64,000 bases of DNA from a virus (lineage: Duplodnaviria; Caudoviricetes): positions 3,119-67,118 of the IMG/VR virus record IMGVR_UViG_2974529992_000001. One strand, 5' to 3'. Position 1 is the first letter of the stretch, and every line of letters starts with the position of its first letter. The notes beneath the pieces are model-generated. The model saw only the letters and a list, made by a program, of their open reading frames with translations, had not been told where the DNA came from and searched no databases. Both the position numbers and the translations under genes were made by a program. Below are positions 37,758 to 45,627 of the stretch, piece after piece.

Positions 37758-38297
37758 ATGTCGGAAGACACCACCGCAACGACCGAGGAAGGTCGCGTCG
37801 TCGCACCCCGCAACGTGCAGGAGATGCGGGAACTCAAGGCAGTCAAGGCCACCGAGGCCTCCACCTCGTTCGCCAACTTCATGAACGCCAACCTCGCGAA
37901 CGCCGAGGGCTACACCCCCGTCACCCCCGAACAGGCGTGGACCCTGATCTACACGCACCGGGTCTGGCAGGGCTCCGACGAGCGCGCGGCCGAGAAGGAG
38001 GCGCTCAAGACCCAGAAGAGCGCCGCCGCCGAGGCCAGGAAGGCGGAGCGCGAGGCCAAGAAGCAGGAGCGCGACCGCATCGCGGCCGAGAAGAAGGCCG
38101 AGAAGGAGCGCAAGGCCGCCGAGAAGAAGGCGAAGGAAGCCGAGGCCGGCGAGGACCTCGAAGCCGCCGACACCGAGGGCGAAGGCGAGATCGCTCCCCG
38201 CAAGCGCAAGCCGCGCAGCCGGACTCCGAAGGCCGAGACGCCCGCCGAGACCCCGGCCGAATCCGAGGCCGTGGAGCCCGGAGCCGACGGCTTCTGA
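37758..38297 (+). CDS. Hypothetical protein with K/E/A-rich helix (179 aa), paralog of the 27420 protein
   Basis: SD GAAGGG; strong codon bias; HRVWQGSD motif. Confidence 0.85.
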   Translation: MSEDTTATTEEGRVVAPRNVQEMRELKAVKATEASTSFANFMNANLANAEGYTPVTPEQAWTLIYTHRVWQGSDERAAEKEALKTQKSAAAEARKAEREAKKQERDRIAAEKKAEKERKAAEKKAKEAEAGEDLEAADTEGEGEIAPRKRKPRSRTPKAETPAETPAESEAVEPGADGF

Positions 38298-38312
38298 TCT
38301 CCTCCCCTGGAG

Positions 38313-38617
38313 CCAGCGCTCCCGATCCTAATTTCACTCGCCGGTGACGTGCGGATCGGGGGTTCTGGAAGGCATCAGTGCAGAGAGGCGACGACCGACC
38401 ACAGTGGATCCTCTTCCCGCGTCGGCGTTGGCACTGATGTCTTCCAGAGCCAGTTGGCTCTTCAACCGTCAGGGGCGGTCAGCGTAGATGCATCCTTCTA
38501 CGGCCGGGAACTGGCGCGAAGAATTGGGACCACCTTCCTTAGCGGTAGGCTCGAGACGAGTAACGGACCCGACGGGCGATGCCGAAGCGGCTCCCTGGCG
38601 GTTGAAGAGCTAATTGG
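38313..38617 (+). ncRNA. Candidate structured RNA (two long adjacent stems, branched interiors)
   Basis: 21-bp stem 38361-38381/38431-38451 and 24-bp stem 38451-38474/38593-38616; all five mismatches are G-U on +. Confidence 0.7.
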
Positions 38618-38638
38618 ACAGACGAGAAAGGAAACACG

Positions 38639-39784
38639 GTGACAGAGTTGCCGTTCGTCCGCTCCTCAGAGAGGGGCGCGTACAAGAGCTGTCCTCAACG
38701 CTGGTACTGGGCCTATGTCGAGAAGCTGGTCCCCAGCGCAGTTGTCCTCGGCGCTCGCGACTTCGGCACCGGACTCCACCTCGCAATGGCGGAATTCTAC
38801 ATCCCCGGACTGAAGCGGGGTCGGGATCTCATCGAGACCTTCGACGAATGGGCGAGGCAGGCCAAGAACGAGGCCACCGCCACGGAGAAGGGTCGCAAGA
38901 ATTTCAACGAAGCCGAGTTCAACGAAGAGTGCGAGAAGATCAGGCACGCTCTTCGCGAACACATGCGGATCACCAACGGTAATCCTCACTGGGAAGTGAT
39001 CGCCAACGAGCGCACATTCGCCGCTGACATTCGCGGCAAGGCGATCGCCGTAGGAACCATCGACCTCGTCATCCGAGACACCAAGACCGGCAAGCTCTGG
39101 ATCATTGACTGGAAGACTTCCAAGGGCTTCCCGCACCCCGAGGCCTACAAGTTCAACGACCAGGGTGGAAGCTACTCGGCCATCGCTACCACGATCCTTC
39201 GCCACCTCGGCCTGATCGGCCCGCAAGAGAAGATCAAGGGCATGGTGTTCGTGGTCCTTCGTAAGGTGCTTCCAGACGAACGACCGCAGAACCCCGACGG
39301 GTTGTACTGCAATCAACCGAAGAAGGATCACTACATCGATCAGCTCGGCAAGGAGCTCGAGTACGAGCCCGGCGAGTTGGAGAAGATGACCCTCAAACAG
39401 CTCCAAGCCGAAGCTCTGGAGAACGAGGTCGTCGTGTACGGCGATGTCTCCAAGAACCAGCCCATGCCGGTGATCAAGGACTATCCCGTCGAGCGCACAG
39501 TGAAGCAGCAGAGTCACCAACTCAAGCGCCTCGTGGACGACGTTACCGTCATGGACATGGCGCGTAAGGGCGAGATCCCGATACTCAAGGCTCCCGGCAG
39601 CCTCTGCCCGTATTGCGACTTCTTCCAGCTGTGCGAAATGGACGAAAGTCAGGGCGATGTCGAGGGTATGAAGCAGCTCATGTTCCGGAAGCGCGACCCG
39701 TACCACGATCATCGCGAGGGCGCGCAGAACAGCAAGCTGTCCGTGACCGCCGATTCCAAGCTCAAGTACGAGGGAGGAACGTAG
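38639..39784 (+). CDS. Cas4-like/RecB-family PD-(D/E)xK exonuclease
   Basis: RSSER..YKSCPQRW; GTIDLV; IIDWKT; CPYCDFFQLC. Confidence 0.88.
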   Translation: MTELPFVRSSERGAYKSCPQRWYWAYVEKLVPSAVVLGARDFGTGLHLAMAEFYIPGLKRGRDLIETFDEWARQAKNEATATEKGRKNFNEAEFNEECEKIRHALREHMRITNGNPHWEVIANERTFAADIRGKAIAVGTIDLVIRDTKTGKLWIIDWKTSKGFPHPEAYKFNDQGGSYSAIATTILRHLGLIGPQEKIKGMVFVVLRKVLPDERPQNPDGLYCNQPKKDHYIDQLGKELEYEPGELEKMTLKQLQAEALENEVVVYGDVSKNQPMPVIKDYPVERTVKQQSHQLKRLVDDVTVMDMARKGEIPILKAPGSLCPYCDFFQLCEMDESQGDVEGMKQLMFRKRDPYHDHREGAQNSKLSVTADSKLKYEGGT

Positions 39785-39786
39785 TG

Positions 39787-39966
39787 GTTGCTCCGCTCAA
39801 AAAGAACGGACTCGACGAGTGTGCTAAGCTGCGTAAGCGCGTAGTTGCACAGCACAATCTCGGTCGCATTCACCGGACCGACAAGGAATACTTGGTCGAC
39901 CTCCTCAACAAATTTGAGGCTAGGGTTGTCAAGATGGAAGAGAAGGGAGAAGAGCGTTGGCTTTAG
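39787..39966 (+). CDS. Small hypothetical protein (59 aa)
   Basis: SD GGAGG, GTG at 39787. Confidence 0.55.
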   Translation, partial: VAPLKKNGLDECAKLRKRVVAQHNLGRIHRTDKEYLVDLLNKFEARVVKMEEKGEERWL

Positions 39967-40883
39967 CACCACAGATCATCGGTCTCGAAGAAGACGATGA
40001 CTACGTCAACCTCATGGTCTACGGGAAGCCCGGTTCCGGGAAGACCGTGCTCGGCGGTAGTGATGACCGTGTCCTGTTCCTCGCACCCGAGGACGACGGC
40101 ACCATCTCCGCCAAGCGGCAGGGATCCAAGGCTCGCAAGTGGCCGATCGACGACTGGAACGATCTGGCCGACGCCTGCGAGTGGATCGAGGAGAACATGG
40201 AGGAGGTGCAGGCCAACTTCGATTGGATCGTCGTTGACTCCATCACCTTCATGCAGAAGCTTCTCATGCGGCGCATCTTGGAGGACGCCGTGGAGGAGAA
40301 TCCGGAGCGTAACCCCGACGTTCCGGCGATGCAGGACTGGCAGGTGTATCAGAACCGGTTCCTCCGGTTCGTCCAGATGATCAACTCCTGGCCGATCAAC
40401 GTCCTGTGGACCGCCCTGGTTCGTGACGAAGAGGACGAGGAAGAGAACCCCATCCTCGTTCCGGACATCCAGGGCAAGGGCTACCAGATGGCGATGACAG
40501 TCGCCTCGTACATGACCTCCTTCGGCAACCTGCGCGTGGAGATGCGCAAGGTCAAGAAGGACGGCGTGTTCGTGAAGGATGCGGACGGCGAGTACGTGAA
40601 GAAGCCGCACCGCGTCATCATCTGGCAGGACCAGGGGAACATTCAGGGCAAGGATCGCACCGACGTGCTCGCGCCGAAGACGCAGGACGTGACCCTGAAG
40701 CAGATTCGCCAGCTGATCACCGGCGAGATCACCCGCGACGACCTACGTCCGAAGCGGCCTGCCAAGAAGGCGGCTCCGGCTGCCAAGAAGGCAGCGTCCG
40801 CGGCGCGTACCAAGGCGTCCACCACCGAGAAGGAAAGCCCGAAGGAAGATTCCGTGGGCACCCAAGAAGGAGATGACAACTGA
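39957..40883 (+). CDS. AAA_24/Sak4-like RecA-fold ATPase (recombinase)
   Basis: GKPGSGKT Walker A; WIVVDSIT Walker B; between exonuclease and SSB. Confidence 0.85.
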   Translation: MALAPQIIGLEEDDDYVNLMVYGKPGSGKTVLGGSDDRVLFLAPEDDGTISAKRQGSKARKWPIDDWNDLADACEWIEENMEEVQANFDWIVVDSITFMQKLLMRRILEDAVEENPERNPDVPAMQDWQVYQNRFLRFVQMINSWPINVLWTALVRDEEDEEENPILVPDIQGKGYQMAMTVASYMTSFGNLRVEMRKVKKDGVFVKDADGEYVKKPHRVIIWQDQGNIQGKDRTDVLAPKTQDVTLKQIRQLITGEITRDDLRPKRPAKKAAPAAKKAASAARTKASTTEKESPKEDSVGTQEGDDN

Positions 40884-41623
40884 TGGCACCGACAGGACAG
40901 GCGAAGACCTTCCGTTTCGGCAAGAAGGTCAAGAACGGCGCGACCAAGGAAGCCGGGATCAAGACCTACCAGGGTCCCAACCCGCCGAGCGGCAGCTACC
41001 TCTGCTCCCTCAAGCAGCTGACGATCCGAGAGAACAAGAACGGCGACAACATGCTCGCCTTCGTGGCGGAGATCGCCGACACCGGGCCGCGTGCGAAGTA
41101 CAACGGATTCGCGATCTTCGGTCAGCAGAACATCACGGACCAGGGAGCGGGCTACGTGAACCAGCTCCTGGACGCGATCTCGGACGGCAACGAGCAGGTC
41201 CGTGAGGACTTCTGGGAGGGCGCGGTCAAGACCAAGAAGGCCGAGAAGCTCGACAAGAACAACAAGCCGATCTACCACGTCCGCGCCATCGGCGACGATT
41301 TCAAGGTCAACTCCCCCGACGACATCGATCTCCAGCTCGTGATCACCGGCAAGAAGGGCACCTTCCAGGGCAACTACAAGCTCGACGCCCAGGGATACGG
41401 ACCGGCGAGCATCGACCTGGACGGCGACGACGAGGACGAAGACGGCGACGACATCGAGGCCGGCGAAGACGAAGCCGACGAGGACGACGACGAGGACGAA
41501 GACGGCGACGACACCGACGATTCGGACGAGGACGACGAGGACGATTCGGACGATTCCGACGACGAAGACGACAGCGACGACGAGGACGACGGCGACGTCT
41601 TCGACGACGACAACGACGACTAA
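40883..41623 (+). CDS. Single-stranded DNA-binding protein-like, long acidic tail
   Basis: PPSGSY..LKQL beta-type core; about 70-aa D/E tail; follows the Sak4-like gene. Confidence 0.75.
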   Translation: MAPTGQAKTFRFGKKVKNGATKEAGIKTYQGPNPPSGSYLCSLKQLTIRENKNGDNMLAFVAEIADTGPRAKYNGFAIFGQQNITDQGAGYVNQLLDAISDGNEQVREDFWEGAVKTKKAEKLDKNNKPIYHVRAIGDDFKVNSPDDIDLQLVITGKKGTFQGNYKLDAQGYGPASIDLDGDDEDEDGDDIEAGEDEADEDDDEDEDGDDTDDSDEDDEDDSDDSDDEDDSDDEDDGDVFDDDNDD

Positions 41624-41626
41624 GTC

Positions 41627-41740
41627 GTGTCCAAGAATTCGGCGCTCTGGCCGACGCATCGCAAGAAGGCCAGAGAGAAGAAACGCCGGAAGCTGAGGAA
41701 GATGACTCGCGAGCAGATGCTCCGAGTTCAGAACCTCTGA
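41627..41740 (+). CDS. Small basic peptide (37 aa)
   Basis: Hand translation VSKNSALWPTHRKKAREKKRRKL...; lies between the SSB stop and the terminator. Confidence 0.45.
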   Translation: MSKNSALWPTHRKKAREKKRRKLRKMTREQMLRVQNL

Positions 41741-41753
41741 CCTCCGGCAACCA

Positions 41754-41798
41754 AGGCCCATGCTGGGACCAACCCAATCCCAGCATGGGCCTCTTCTT
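41754..41798 (+). terminator. Intrinsic terminator
   Basis: Perfect 15-bp stem AGGCCCATGCTGGGA / TCCCAGCATGGGCCT then CTTCTT. Confidence 0.8.
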
Positions 41799-41864
41799 CG
41801 ACCTATGAACTAGTAGTAGTGTAGTATGGGTTACGGGCTACACACAGCACAGTAAAGGATCACA

Positions 41865-42740
41865 ATGACCATCGCCATCCTCGGATGCGGGCCGACCGGA
41901 CTACTGGCCGCGCACGCCTGCACGCTCGAAGGTTACGACGTCGCCATCTTCAGCCGCAAGCGCAAGTCCGAGCTATTCGGCAGTCAGTATCTCCACAACC
42001 CAATCCCCGGTCTGACTCCCGAGAGCGACAAGGGCGTTCCGGTGAAGTACGTGGTACGGGGTACCCCCGAGGAGTATCGCCGCAAGACTCACGGCAAGTG
42101 GTGGGACGGCCACATCGGTCAGGATGAGTTCGAACCGGATCATCAGGCGTGGGATATCCGCCAGCACTACGACATGCTCTGGCGTACGTACGTCGGGAAG
42201 ATCGAGCCCTACTCCATCCCGACGAAGGGAATGGTCGCCAGCTTCTTCCGTAGAGACAACGCAGACGTCGGCGTTGGTGGATACGTCAACTGGGATCTCG
42301 GACTGAACGAGTACGAGCTGGTCATCAGCACCGTGCCGCGCGACATCTGGAAACTTCCCGGCGACGAGTACATCTACAGCGAGGGATGGGCGATCGGCGA
42401 CGCACCGGAACGCGGTGTTTTCGTGGATGACTTGGTTGAGGGGCGAGAGTTGTTCGACAAGGACAACACGATCATCTGCGATGGAACAAGCCTGGTGCCT
42501 TGGACCCGGCTGAGCAAGGTGCACGGCTTTACCAGCATCGAGTGGCCGCATCACGCGGCCCAGCCGCATACGCAGGCCGTGCGCGTACGCAAGCCGCTGC
42601 ACTACACCCCAGGGCCACATCAGAATGGGTCTCCCACGGCCAATTGGCTGCACGTTGGAAGGTACGGCCAGTTTGAAAAGGGCGTCGTCGTCACCGACGC
42701 CTTCGATCAGGTGACGAAGAAGTTGAAGGAGATGCAGTGA
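41865..42740 (+). CDS. FAD/NAD-binding oxidoreductase
   Basis: Rossmann IAILGCGPTGLLAA; C-terminal VGRYGQF. Confidence 0.85.
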   Translation: MTIAILGCGPTGLLAAHACTLEGYDVAIFSRKRKSELFGSQYLHNPIPGLTPESDKGVPVKYVVRGTPEEYRRKTHGKWWDGHIGQDEFEPDHQAWDIRQHYDMLWRTYVGKIEPYSIPTKGMVASFFRRDNADVGVGGYVNWDLGLNEYELVISTVPRDIWKLPGDEYIYSEGWAIGDAPERGVFVDDLVEGRELFDKDNTIICDGTSLVPWTRLSKVHGFTSIEWPHHAAQPHTQAVRVRKPLHYTPGPHQNGSPTANWLHVGRYGQFEKGVVVTDAFDQVTKKLKEMQ

Positions 42741-43339
42741 CCGAGGAGCAGGTCTTCAAGGACCCGACGGACATCTGGGACCACATCGACATCGCGATGG
42801 TCAGGGATCGCGCGCAGTACACCTACAAGATGAACGGCCTCAAGACACGAGGCGACAAAATCCAGCTCGGGGCCGGATTCAAGGTGCTGGACGGTTGGCG
42901 CAACCTGGAGTATCCGGACTGGAACGCAGACCTGCCGATCATGGCCGAGGGTGTCAGCGCCAATGATTTCGCGCCGGGAACTCGATGGGATGATGTGAGC
43001 TCGCACTGGAAGCAGGCTGACTCCACAATCTCGGAGATCGCCAGCTACCACACGCTGGACCATCTCAGCCCGACACAGGTGATCAACACGCTCCGTGAGG
43101 TGGAGCGCGTTCTGGTCCCAGGTGGCACGTTCACGAACATCGTGCCGCACGCCGATTCGCAGCTCGCGAAGGAATGCATTCATCACCAGAGCCGATTCAT
43201 GATCGATACCTGGCGCAACATCTTCTCGGAACGCCAGTACGCGCACGATGGCGACTGGCAGCTCGAGGTCGGCCTGAACTTCGTCTTCGGCCTGGCGGAA
43301 CGCAATGTCGTTCTCGTGACCCAGTTGGTGAAGCGATGA
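42737..43339 (+). CDS. Class I SAM-dependent methyltransferase-like protein
   Basis: IQLGAG motif I; HTLDHL; LREVERVLVPGG. Confidence 0.78.
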   Translation: MTEEQVFKDPTDIWDHIDIAMVRDRAQYTYKMNGLKTRGDKIQLGAGFKVLDGWRNLEYPDWNADLPIMAEGVSANDFAPGTRWDDVSSHWKQADSTISEIASYHTLDHLSPTQVINTLREVERVLVPGGTFTNIVPHADSQLAKECIHHQSRFMIDTWRNIFSERQYAHDGDWQLEVGLNFVFGLAERNVVLVTQLVKR

Positions 43340-43941
43340 CCGTCGTTCACAAGCGCCTCCGTTACTTGGCTGACGGGATCAACGCGATCACCGAATGCGA
43401 CAAGGTTCCGGCCGCGGATAAAGGTTGGGTCCGCGGAGTGGACGTAATGGAGCTGGAGTGGGGTCTCGTCACCTGCGAGAAGTGCCTCGCCAAGAGAGAC
43501 TTCGGCACAAATCTTGTCGCTCCCGACGATCTCGAAGACGAGGGCTGGGGATTCCTGGTCAAGCCTGCGACCGAGCAGGGCGAACGAGTCGGCGTTCTGA
43601 TGTCGGAATGGTGGGACGAGTTCGTACGCAAGAACGCGGACTACCAGACCAGCACCGGCAACGTCAGCGAGAACTTCGGTCTCATGGGTCAGTACATGAA
43701 GCTCACGGACAAGATCCACAAGCTTCGCCGGCCGATGTGGGACGCCGAAATCTCCGAGGCGTGGTATCAGGCCAACAAGGAAATGATCGCCCGGCTGGGG
43801 ATCGAAGTTTCTGACCGCCAGGAGCAGTTCAACTTCGAGGGGGCCGAGGAGATCCTGCGAGACCTAATCGGCCACGCCTTCCTCGCGCTGGACTTCATCA
43901 GGCAGCAGAAGGAGGGGAGAGATGGGGTGGGCGAACACTGA
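43336..43941 (+). CDS. Nucleotide-modification-associated domain 1 (DUF1599/MazG-like) protein with N-terminal Cys/His module
   Basis: FVRKNADY...FGLMGQY.KLTDK..KL...EEILRDLIGH. Confidence 0.72.
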   Translation: MTVVHKRLRYLADGINAITECDKVPAADKGWVRGVDVMELEWGLVTCEKCLAKRDFGTNLVAPDDLEDEGWGFLVKPATEQGERVGVLMSEWWDEFVRKNADYQTSTGNVSENFGLMGQYMKLTDKIHKLRRPMWDAEISEAWYQANKEMIARLGIEVSDRQEQFNFEGAEEILRDLIGHAFLALDFIRQQKEGRDGVGEH

Positions 43942-44095
43942 GCTGTCCCGTCATTACTTCGTCTTCACCGAGAACCGAATGAACATGAGGATGAAGACCG
44001 TGTGCGGTGCTCCTGTAGCCCCAAGTCCCAAGCAGGAGTATCCCAACACATTTTGCACAGAATGCCTCAAGATCAGGAATCAACAACTAGGGTAG
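43922..44095 (+). CDS. Small zinc-finger protein (57 aa)
   Basis: Hand translation: HYF...TVCG...FCTECL; SD GGAGG. Confidence 0.6.
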   Translation: MGWANTELSRHYFVFTENRMNMRMKTVCGAPVAPSPKQEYPNTFCTECLKIRNQQLG

Positions 44096-44104
44096 GGTGT
44101 ACCC

Positions 44105-44674
44105 ATGCAAACGTTTATATGCGATCGGTATGAATTCGGGGCAGACAGAGCGAGCTTTCACGACGGGCTACGCCATCTCGACGACAAGCGGCTGGGGAAG
44201 CAGCGGCTGGAGGCGAAGCAGATTTACCACGCGCTCACAGCTAAGGAAGGTTGGGTGCATCACCCAGCCACGAAGATGTGGACAGGCTTCACAGACGCCC
44301 TTTTGGAATACGGCGTCTCTTGTTGTCTAGAGTGGCGCAGTCGTGGGCACACCGACACGATGCTGGACTGGTTCGTAGACCAGTTAAACCCCGAAGTTCT
44401 TGTTCCTGAGATGCCGGATTTCGTGAACTACGACCCGTTCATCGAGGCGCACCGCAGCAACCTCATTCGCAAGGACTCCGAGTTCTACGGCAGCAAGTGG
44501 CCGGATACTCGACCGAATCTTCCGTATCTGTGGCCTAAGGTTCAGGTGGGTTACGACGGAAGCCCGTACTTCACCTATCACCTCTCGGCGGCAGAGTACA
44601 AGAGGGGCGACTACACGCTCTGGGAAGGCACATGGGTCTCCGAAAGTGACGGTTTCAAGGTCATGAATCTATGA
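44105..44674 (+). CDS. Pyrimidine-dimer glycosylase/EndoV-like (MSMEG_6728-type) protein
   Basis: MQTF...LDDKRLGKQRLEAKQI...GWVHHPATKMW...HRSNL.RKD...Y.WP. Confidence 0.82.
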   Translation: MQTFICDRYEFGADRASFHDGLRHLDDKRLGKQRLEAKQIYHALTAKEGWVHHPATKMWTGFTDALLEYGVSCCLEWRSRGHTDTMLDWFVDQLNPEVLVPEMPDFVNYDPFIEAHRSNLIRKDSEFYGSKWPDTRPNLPYLWPKVQVGYDGSPYFTYHLSAAEYKRGDYTLWEGTWVSESDGFKVMNL

Positions 44675-45627
44675 GGTACGTCAGTCTCCATACCCACACG
44701 ACCTTCTCCTACGGAGACGGTTACGGGCCGGTGGCTGACCACGTGGAGAGGGCGGTCGAGCTTGGCATGTCGGCCCTCTCTGCCACGGAGCACGGCAACA
44801 CGAGCAGCCACGCTCAGCTCGAGAAAGAGTGCAAGAAGCATGGGATCAAACCGATCTTTGGGTGCGAGCTCTACATCGCCCCGACGGACAGGCATTCGCC
44901 CTACGGCGCGCCTATCAAGACTCGCAAGAAGTATCACCAGACGGTCCTCGCGGCAGACGAGCAAGGATACCAGAATCTCAATCGAATCGTTACGGCAAGC
45001 TATCGCGACCACTTCTTTCAGTGGCCAACTGCTACTGCTAGACTCCTCAGCGAATACTGCGATGGTCTTGTCGTTCTCTCAGGGTGCTCAGACTCGCTGC
45101 TTAGCTGTACCCTGCTCGGCGGGAAAGAGCAGGGCGATAAGAGGACTGAGTTCACAGAAAAGCATTTTGAGAATGCACGACGTGTTATCGAGTATTATCA
45201 GGGGCTCTTTGGCGAGAGGTACTTCCTCGAGTGCCAGCGATTCCCACGCCTGGAGCGCACTTGCACTCTTAATGCAGCTTTTGCAGAACTCTCAAAGGCC
45301 ACCGGAGCAAGGCTAGTCGCCAGCTCTGACGTTCACTATCCGCGGATCGAGCATCGCCAGATGCAGAAGATCCTCCATTCCGCTCACCGTGGCGGAACCA
45401 TCGAAGACGCAGAGTCTGGAGACTGGGACTATGACGCAGCTGATCTCACCTATCCGACTTCGGATAAGGAGATCTTTCACGACCTGGTGGCTACGGGGCT
45501 CACGAAAACAGAGGCGAAGGATGCAATCACCGCCACGCGAGACATAGCTCGCTCCTGCAACGTCGAGCTCCCGAAGAACGAGCCGATCAAGTACCCCATC
45601 TCGGATGACGATTGGAAGCCTTGGTAA
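44671..45627 (+). CDS. dnaE: DnaE-like DNA polymerase III alpha, PHP domain part
   Basis: SLHTHTTFSYGDG, TEHG, GCELY, SDVHYP. Confidence 0.9.
   Translation: MRYVSLHTHTTFSYGDGYGPVADHVERAVELGMSALSATEHGNTSSHAQLEKECKKHGIKPIFGCELYIAPTDRHSPYGAPIKTRKKYHQTVLAADEQGYQNLNRIVTASYRDHFFQWPTATARLLSEYCDGLVVLSGCSDSLLSCTLLGGKEQGDKRTEFTEKHFENARRVIEYYQGLFGERYFLECQRFPRLERTCTLNAAFAELSKATGARLVASSDVHYPRIEHRQMQKILHSAHRGGTIEDAESGDWDYDAADLTYPTSDKEIFHDLVATGLTKTEAKDAITATRDIARSCNVELPKNEPIKYPISDDDWKPW

Noticed and set aside
38313-39784. CRISPR array or mini-array beside the Cas4-like gene
   Set aside because: The adjacent element is built from inverted repeats, not direct repeats with spacers; there are no cas1/cas2 or effector genes; solo Cas4-like nucleases are common in phages.
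41420-41620. GACGAC/GACGAG repeats in the SSB (and at 4210-4240 in the scaffold)
   Set aside because: These encode acidic low-complexity protein tails, not DNA repeat elements.
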